Shown here: positions 8,116 through 14,937 of the stretch, piece after piece
Position numbering within the stretch: position 1 is the stretch's first letter
How the letters are laid out: every line of letters starts with the position of its first letter
Source: Octopus sinensis
Taxonomy: Eukaryota
Length of the DNA: 14,937 nucleotides
Direction: 5' to 3'
Assembly: GCF_006345805.1 (NCBI RefSeq)
Contig: NW_021825665.1
Coordinates: forward strand, 1-14,937
The notes under the pieces: generated by a model
What the model saw: the letters and a program-made list of their open reading frames with translations, nothing else
The model's database searches: none
What the model was told of the DNA's origin: nothing
Program-made: the position numbers and the translations under genes

Positions 8116-8283
8116 AGAATTCATTAAAAAAACAAAAGACGAAGACAGGTGGTGTAGGCAACAAACAGATGCATTAGTTTAATGCTCAGGACATGAAAAT
8201 GTCTTTAATGTTTCAAGCCTATGCTCTTCCACAGAAAGGAACAAGGAGAGAAAATAAAGAATGGGTAGTGGCTAGCAATCTAC
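8112..8283 (-). mobile_element. Penelope-like element terminal fragment with degenerate minimal hammerhead-like motif
   Basis: Minus strand 8238-8203 reads CTTT-CTGTGGA-A-GAGC-ATAG-GCTT-GAAA-CA-TT-AAAG, the architecture of minimal type I hammerheads of Penelope-like elements. Abuts a (TA)n tract. Confidence 0.5.
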
Positions 8284-8314
8284 ACATGCACATACGTACA
8301 GACATATATATATA

Positions 8315-9480
8315 TGGGTTGGAGAAAATAATGGAAACACCTAGCATCATAATTTTGAAGTATCTATAAAACCTTCAAAAGCTTGTTTATTTTTGTGTTA
8401 TTTTATTTATTATTAGTGTTGCAATTTTAACAAAACATGTTAATGTTTTGCTAAAATTGCTGTGTTTTTTTTTAGATATCATCAGAAAAAGGTAATTAAA
8501 ATTCATTAAAATGACAGATCTATTGGACTTTCAAAGAGGTCAAATTGTTGGTGCTCGTATGGCAGGTGCTAGTGTAATGAAAACAGCTGAAATGTTTATT
8601 GTATCAAGAAGTACTATCTTGAAAGTAATGACAGCCTTTGAGAAAGGGGGAAAAAACCTCCTTATCGAAACAAAATTCTAGAAGAAAACCAAAACTTACA
8701 GATAGGGACCGTTGGATTCTTATGCAAATTGTTAGAAAGGATCACAAAAGTACAGCTCCCAAAATTACTGCAGAGCTTAATGACTACCTTGAGAACCCAG
8801 TTTCCACAAAAACTGTTCACAGGAGCTGCACAAAGCCTGATTTCATGGAAGGGCTGCAATCAGAAAACCACTACTTTCAAAAACAAAAGTTGCAAAGTGT
8901 TTAGAGTGGAGTAAAAACCTACAGAATCGGTCCCTAGAACAGTGGAAGAATGTTATTTTCTTGGACGAGCCATCCTATACCTTATTTCTGACCACTGGCT
9001 GAGTATATGTGTGGAGACCGCCAAAAGAAGCATTTGACCCAGACTGCCTTCTTCCAACTGTTAAACATGGAGAAGGAACTGTGATCGGGGTGGGGTGGGG
9101 GCTATATCTTGGAAATCCACCGACTCAATGGTTTCCCTTCACGTCAGAATTAATAGTCAAGACTATTTAAGCATTTTATCTGATCAAATTCATCCTAAGG
9201 TTGCAGAACTGTTCCCGGAGGGAAACACAATCTTTCAGGATACACCAATTCACACAGCTAAAGTTGTTACTGAATGGCACGAGGAACACTCTAGTGAAGT
9301 TGAACATCTTATCTAGCCACCACAGTCCCAAAAATTCCTTTGGAAACAATTCAAACTTTGTATGAGTTCATACCTCATAGAATTCAAGCTGTAATTACTG
9401 CCAAAGGCGGTCCTACTCCATATTAAAATAAATTTGTTTGAAATTTTCAGGTGCTTCCATTATTATTATGTTAACCAATA
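8315..9480 (+). mobile_element. Tc1-family transposon, near full-length, decayed
   Basis: TIR cores aataatggaaacacct (8327-8342) and aggtgcttccattatt (9449-9464) match 15/16 as an inverted pair. Flanked by TA/CA microsatellites. Contains a transposase pseudogene. Confidence 0.9.
8511..9426 (+). pseudogene. Tc1-like (DD34E class) transposase pseudogene
   Basis: MTDLLDFQRGQIVGARMAGASVMKTAEMF.. / RKPKLTDRDR..IVRKDHKSTAPKITAEL / GRAAIRKPLLS..W..WKNVIFLDE (D at 8964) / TVKHG..WGAIS / IFQD (D at 9239) / *PPQS, then a deletion removing DLNPIE, ending IPHRIQAVITAKGGPTPY*. At least 3 frameshifts and several stops. Confidence 0.9.
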
Positions 9481-9549
9481 CACACGCACACACACACACA
9501 AATATTCTTAGGTTAATCAAGTCTTCTTCGGTTTCTCTCAAGAAGAAAA

Positions 9550-10140
9550 GCATTCAGTGACCCCTTTTCTGTAGGATGAAGATATATCAAGGACCGAAAT
9601 TAATTGCAGACTTTTAGTGCCATATGAGGACAGCATTTTGCTCCTAGAGACTGGCTATGAATGGGTTGGAAATTCCAAAAATGGTTGCACAAGTGTCATG
9701 GTATCTGAAGGAACCAGAAAAACGATTCTGTTCTGCTCTGATGATAACATTGAACAAGACTGTAATTCCACCCTGTTGAATAGATGGGTAACTCTGGATG
9801 AAATGAGAATTAATATATAAATTTGCATATTATTAGCATATTATGCTTATGAAATCATTCATTACAAATTTAATTTATAGTAAATTCATGCAAAATGGGT
9901 CCCCAAAACAACTCAAAGAACCACACGATGCAAATCATTTTGAATACCTTTTGGACTGTTCTGGCAACAAATGTGATACCTTAAAGGTAAAAAAAAAAGA
10001 AGTCATCATTGGTGAAGAAACCTGGACACACCATGACAAATTAGGGAATAAACAAGAAGTATGGAATGGAAACATCTGTAATCTGCTATCAGGAAAATTT
10101 ATGATGACAGTTTTGGGGACTTCCTAAGGACCAATCATTT
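9550..10140 (+). pseudogene. mariner transposase remnant (N-terminal two thirds), heavily decayed
   Basis: YEWVGNSKNGCTSV..DDNIEQ..LLNRWVTLDEM; AYEIIH..HAKWVPK(+1)QLK (WVPK at 9896-9907); IIGEETWTHH (cf. TGDETW); SGKFMMTVLG..S*GPII (cf. GKLMLTVFWDSQGPI). Confidence 0.8.
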
Positions 10141-11017
10141 AACCATAGATATTTTATTCTGGGAGAAGAAAGGAAGACCATTGAACAAAGATGAAACAAC
10201 AAGGGTAGCAAAAAACGACGGAATTGTATTGGAAAATGGTTTACTCATTCTTTTCAGAGATTTATTATTGTTATAAGGTATTAAAAAAAAAAATCCAAAA
10301 TTCAGAATAACTAATGAAAAAAAAAAAAAAGGAATGGTCAAGTTTAGTGAAACAACTTAGCTGATATTTTAAGTTCAAACCTGCAGAATAATGGCAAGTG
10401 TAGTGCCAACAGTAATGCCAAGAGGGAGGCCACTTTTAGTGATGTATGTGCAACTAATTTTAACTCATTTTCCACCAATAGGTAAAGAAAAAAAAACCCC
10501 AATAAACGGACTATAATTGCATTGTGGATAATTGATGACTCCCCCACCTCACTGGTATCATCTCTCAGCCACTGAATATCATGAAACTAAAGAGAAGCAC
10601 CACTGACCCTCCATGAAAAGGAAGGAAAGAACAAAATTTGAGAGAATTTGAAGAAGAAGGTTTCTTCTATTTCTTGCATTCAAGAAGCCAAAAATCTCAC
10701 TTGTCCTCACTTGGGATTTCTATATTTGATGTCTTCCAAGTCTGAAGAAATCTGAGATCATGGAACCCAGACGGAGAAACAGTTAGAACTCCACATCACA
10801 CTTTGAATTAGTTTCTTGCTTTTGTTGTCTGTCTTCAGTTATTGAAAACATCTGGTAACCAAAGCATCATGAGATCTGATCTTACCAATGCTTCCCATGA
10901 CAAATGAAAACTTAAGAAAAAATGGTGGAATTGTATCTTTTTAAGATCCTGGTCCTCAAAGAAGAGATCACACAAGTTCGAGAAGAATGGAGTTTTATGC
11001 TGTAAGTGTAGACCTAG

Positions 11018-11061
11018 CCAACCCATCCATGCCAGCTTGGAAAACAAAACAGATGTTGAAC
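11018..11061 (+). mobile_element. Family D 3'-end fragment, plus orientation
   Basis: ccatgccagcttggaaa...gatgttgaac versus the reverse complement of 2043-2075, caacccatgccagcatggaaagtggatgttaaac. Confidence 0.5.
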
Positions 11062-11070
11062 AAGGCATCA

Positions 11071-11274
11071 GGAAGGTCTATGTGGTCACTCAAATTGTTA
11101 GACACAGAAGCTAAATCTCCCTCATCTAAAAAAAAAAAGAGGATACATTGTGTAGGCAGACCTGAACATTAAACCAAAAAAAAATCCAGATGGGATGGTC
11201 ATGACTTAAATATCTTTGAGCAAAGGTCTGTCTGTTGGATTATGATAGACCTAGGGCTAAACAACAAAAATAAA
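11071..11274 (+). mobile_element. Family E retroposon 3' fragment
   Basis: Ordered matches to 6885-7050; ends in gggctaaacaacaaaaataaac. Confidence 0.6.
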
Positions 11275-11287
11275 CATATTAAATAAA

Positions 11288-11316
11288 ATGATGATGATGA
11301 TGATGATGGTGATGAC
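11288..11316. repeat. (ATG)n microsatellite
   Basis: atgatgatgatgatgatgatggtgatgac. Confidence 0.9.
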
Positions 11317-11585
11317 GAAAAATGAGGACGGTTACAGTAAGGATGATGAATTTGTGTGTGCACGTGTGTATATATGTACCTAATTGTGCAGTGATTGGGG
11401 AAGTGTTACAGGAAGTACCACATCAACTGGTTAGCAAGAGATTGGAGAATTGTGGGATCAGGGATCAAATCACAACTGGGCCTCAGGGAAGTATAGAAAT
11501 AATCGGAAGAAATGTCTCAGGAGACATGCCTCTGTCTATTTAAACATTTAACGGGTGCTAGATTATATAACATAGCTCATGCAAC

Positions 11586-12031
11586 AAACATATATATACA
11601 CACATACATACTTGTAAATAGGATACAGAAGTGTGTAGAATAGTAGAAAAAAAGGAATGAAAGAAATTATATGAAGTTACACAAATAAAAAATGGATCTA
11701 TTTTATGTGTGTGTGTTGTGTCCATATATGTGTGTGTGTGTGTATATATTAAAAAGTATGTATACATGTATAATATGTACACATGCACACATACAGATAT
11801 ATGTGTGTGTACATACATATAAAAAAAGCATACATACGAGTGTATATAAGTGTGTGTGTGTGTGTGTGTATATATATCTTAAAAAGGGTATACGCTTGTG
11901 TGTCTGTATATAGTAACACACACACACACACATAAACAAAGATCTACCAGTCTTATTTAAAAAAAAAAACCATGTGCACACACACACATACATATTTATA
12001 ACGTGTGCGTGTATATGCGTGTGTGTGCGTA
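11586..12031. repeat. Mixed (CA)n/(TG)n/(TA)n low-complexity region
   Basis: Alternating CA and TG tracts separated by A-runs. Confidence 0.85.
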
Positions 12032-12419
12032 CATTTCTCCCCTTTTTAATATAATTTCATGTTTGCTTTTTATTCCATGAAATTCCACTTTCAAAGAGTG
12101 GTTGGAACAGAAGAAAATATTAAATAAATAAATAAGCTATTTTGAAAAAGAAAGACACAAAACAAACCAAGAAAACAAGGCAAAAGACCTGAAGAAAAAG
12201 ACAAGAACACCCCCCTCCCCACCAAACTACAAAAGCACAGGAAATACGATACGAGGCTATGTTAGTATCATTTCTATTATCGACTGAAAATATGTGATAT
12301 TTTGCACATGTTCCTTTCTGGTTAGTGAAAAATCTTGTTTTATTTTTAAAAAAATGTCCCTCCGCACCCCACCTTCCTTTGGTATCTCCCCCCTCAACCC
12401 CACACCTCGCTTGCCAGAT

Positions 12420-13035
12420 TAAATTTGGTAAGGTTTGGTGGATGGGGGCAGAGGCGATTAAGTCCAGCCCACCCCAATTCAGCACTTGACTGGTGGGTAC
12501 TTTTATTTTAATGACCACCCTCTCACTCTCCACTCATACCTCCCAGAAGGACAGAAGACAAAAGCTGGGCTCTGGTGGGATTTGAACTCAGGAATTGTAG
12601 TGAAATACTTGAGGTATGTAATCCTTTCTACTAACAATTCTGCCATATAACAAGGGTTACAGGTTTTGGCACAGCACCAACAGTTTTTGAGGGGAGAGAC
12701 AAAGTCTGATTGTATGGACCCCCCCGTACTCGATTGGTACTTATTTTTGATTGATCCTGAAAGGATGAAATGTAAAGTTAACTTTGGTGGGGTTTGAATT
12801 CAGAATGTCAACTCAGAAGAAATGCTGCTAAGCATTTTGTCTGGTGTGCTAATGGTTCTGCCAGCTCACTAACTGGACCCTAACAGTAATTGCAGTTGGA
12901 ACAAGGCCAGAAATTTTAAGGGGACAGCGTTAGTCAAAGATACTGATTTCAGTACTTGACTGATACTTTAATGTTGTTGACCCAGAAAGAATGAAAGACA
13001 AAATTGGGAGCCAGTGGGGTTTGAACTGAGAACAC
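12420..13035 (-). mobile_element. Three consecutive decayed family C SINEs in the same orientation
   Basis: Reverse B-boxes tttgaactc (12581), tttgaattc (12793) and tttgaactg (13020). Each is preceded by a (g)tacttgactgg / tgg..tactt..ttt / gaaaggatgaaa-type block, the reverse of the 4542-4593 domain. Confidence 0.72.
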
Positions 13036-13072
13036 AACTGGCACCATGTCAGATACATCAATGAGTGTTGCA

Positions 13073-13559
13073 GTTGATCCGATCAACAGAAGAGCCTGCT
13101 TGTGACATTAATATGCAAGTGGCTGAGTGCTCCACAGACATATGTACCCTTAACGTAATTCTCAGCATGACACAGAGTGTGACAAGGTTGGCCCCTTTAG
13201 AATTACAGGCACAACTCATTTTTGCCAGCTGAGTGGACTAGAATAACTTGAAATTAAGTGTCTTGGACACAGTGCACTGCCAGGAATCAAAATTCATGAT
13301 CTTATGAACACAGGCGAAACATTCTAACCATTAACCTTTACATTACTAACCTGGTTGAAACCGGTTCTGACTCTCTAGGACAAATGTCTTGTTTTCATAA
13401 GTTTTGAATTAAAATCTTCCACCAAACCTTAATCAAAATTTATGTTCCTAACACTAGTTGAATGATAATTAAGTTATTTTACTAAATTCTTTGTTGTATT
13501 TAAAATTAAGCATCTCAAAGTAAATACAGTAATGAAAGGGTTAAGCCATGTGCCTTCAC
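13073..13559 (-). mobile_element. Family B SINE interrupted by a MITE in its A-box
   Basis: Colinear with 6064-6355 up to ctaacca|ttaa (13334). It resumes after the MITE as gccatgtgccttcac (13545-13559; cf. gccacaaaccttcac at 6341-6355). Confidence 0.8.
13331..13544. mobile_element. piggyBac-type MITE (~206 bp) with TTAA target-site duplication
   Basis: Left end TTAA-CCTTTACATTACT (13331-). Right end reverse complement TTAA-CCCTTTCATTACT (-13544). No ORF. CCC...GGG ends plus a TTAA TSD are the piggyBac hallmark. Confidence 0.85.
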
Positions 13560-14113
13560 TCAGAACACAAAGGGTCAGAAAAACTACAGCAAAACTTGTT
13601 TCACCAACACTAACCATTCTGCCAGGTGAAATTAGATGCACGAGGAGGATGGTGCTAGGCAATACCATCAACTCCAGTACTTGACTGGGTCTTTATTTTA
13701 TAGTATGTTAGGGGCAGAGTTTGCAACAGGTGGATGCCTTTCCTGTCATCAACCCTTACTTCTTTCCAAGTGAACTAATAATTTTGCCAATCTATTGAAC
13801 AACAAATAACCCAGACATGACTTTAGACATAGAAAGTGGAGACAAAACAACAAGGTGTTTGTTTGCAAAGATTGCATAAGATATGAAGATATGTCAGAAA
13901 GCCAGGATGTGCTTTCATGGTGTACTGCAAAGCAATGACAATGGCAGGGAGCCATGGTTAACAAATTAGTGAACATGAGGGAAACACACACACACACATT
14001 TCGTGTCAGAAGCAGTGCAATGGTATCAGAATACTTGAAATGCCTTAGTTATAGAACGTCTATGAAATGGATGCCCTTCCTGTTATATATTACACAAAGC
14101 TGAAAAGTATTAA

Positions 14114-14381
14114 ATCATCATCATCATCATCATCGTTTAACGTCTGCTTCCCATGCTGGCATGGGTGGGACAGTTTGGCTGAGGACTGGCAAGCCAGGGG
14201 TCTGCACCAGGCTCCAGTCTGATCTGGCAAGGTTTCTACAGCTGGATGCTCTTTCTAACGCCAATCACTCCAAGAGTGTAGTGGGTGCTTCTTACGTGCT
14301 ACTGGCACGGGGGCCAGTCAGGTGGCACTGGCATTGACCACACTTGAATAGTGCTTTTTACATGGGGGCCAGTCAGGTGGC
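14114..14381 (-). mobile_element. Family D retroposon 3' end with (GAT)n tail
   Basis: (ATC)7-gtttaacgtctgcttcccatgctggcatggg... colinear with 2032-2325. Internal exact repeat gggggccagtcaggtggc at 14309-14326 and 14364-14381. Confidence 0.82.
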
Positions 14382-14424
14382 TTTCAAAATATCACTATTT
14401 GGCTTGACTTCATTATTACAACTC

Positions 14425-14527
14425 TATATACGATGGGCTTCATTCAATTTCAGTCAATTGAATCCAATTACAAGGCTTCTGTTGACCAGGGACTCTAGTA
14501 GAAGACACTTGCCCAAGGTGCCATGCA
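14425..14527 (-). mobile_element. Family A SINE central fragment
   Basis: tatacgatgggcttcattcaatttc...acaaggctt...tagtagaagacacttgcccaaggtgccatgca. Confidence 0.75.
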
Positions 14528-14870
14528 CATAGTTGGAAAGCGAACCTGTTGAGATCTTGGCTCACTAAAATGTAAAAGAGAGCCACGAGGGCAATACAGT
14601 TCATTAAATTGTAACTACAATCCATGAACAGCAAACAATACCCCTAGATATAAATAGAAAGCATTAAGTGATCTAGGTGACAACTACAGTTATCTGCCCC
14701 TTTCATCTGTTCTAGATATATTTCTTATATTTCAGTGCAATGGAAAAGGTTGTAAGGAACAGAGGGAGTCACACATGTCTTTTTCATCATCTTCACAAGT
14801 TTTAAGTGGAAACAGGAGGACGAAAACCCAAAATAGAAAATGGTAGATTAAGAACCACTTGTTCAGTTAA

Positions 14871-14886
14871 ACACACACACACACAC

Positions 14887-14937
<51 letters not shown>
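14871..14937. repeat. Compound (CA)n(CT)n(TA)n microsatellite
   Basis: Directly visible at the window end. Confidence 0.95.

Noticed and set aside
667-10357. Exact inverted 14-mer ttagtgaaacaact (667-680 and 10344-10357) and recurring caactaatt (687, 7348, 10451)
   Set aside because: Matches of this length are expected by chance in 15 kb of AT-rich sequence, and they do not extend.
11390-11500. Faint resemblance to CR1/L2 reverse transcriptase (DWGSVT.., EVPHQ..LENCGIRDQ, GPQGS)
   Set aside because: The motifs are short, out of order and in different frames; they cannot be supported without an HMM search.
12215-12270. Minus-strand TACTAAC branch point plus pyrimidine tract and AG
   Set aside because: The downstream sequence is low-complexity T/G-rich with no credible exon.
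13727-14085. Short ggatgcc(c/t)ttcctgt motifs at about 13732 and 14069
   Set aside because: Probably tiny family D-related remnants; too short to delimit as features.
1-14937. CRISPR array, prokaryotic operon, functional tRNA or rRNA
   Set aside because: There are no regularly spaced identical repeats with unique spacers and no intact genes. tRNA-like boxes belong to SINE heads without full cloverleaves.

Overview
This window is eukaryotic, AT-rich, lower-case, repeat-saturated DNA (intronic or intergenic). It is not prokaryotic: I see no operon, CRISPR array, rRNA, intact tRNA or intact protein-coding gene. The repeat families look like those I recall from octopus genomes; this is an inference and was not database-checked. 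Contents: (1) many copies and fragments of tRNA-derived SINEs and related retroposon ends from about 5 families, with the tRNA-headed ones mostly on the minus strand; (2) five decayed Tc1/mariner-superfamily transposons, all on +: a DD37D maT deletion derivative, three mariner remnants and a near full-length Tc1; (3) a ~206-bp TTAA-flanked piggyBac-type MITE nested in the A-box of a SINE; (4) a Penelope-like fragment with a degenerate minimal hammerhead-ribozyme fold; (5) microsatellites and a ~0.9-kb TG/TA array that generates the long spurious ORFs; (6) two unexplained 42-nt near-perfect hairpins and a few candidate host exons. I found no convincing new biological system. The most interesting signals are listed as findings with honest scores. 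Family letters A-E are my own labels.
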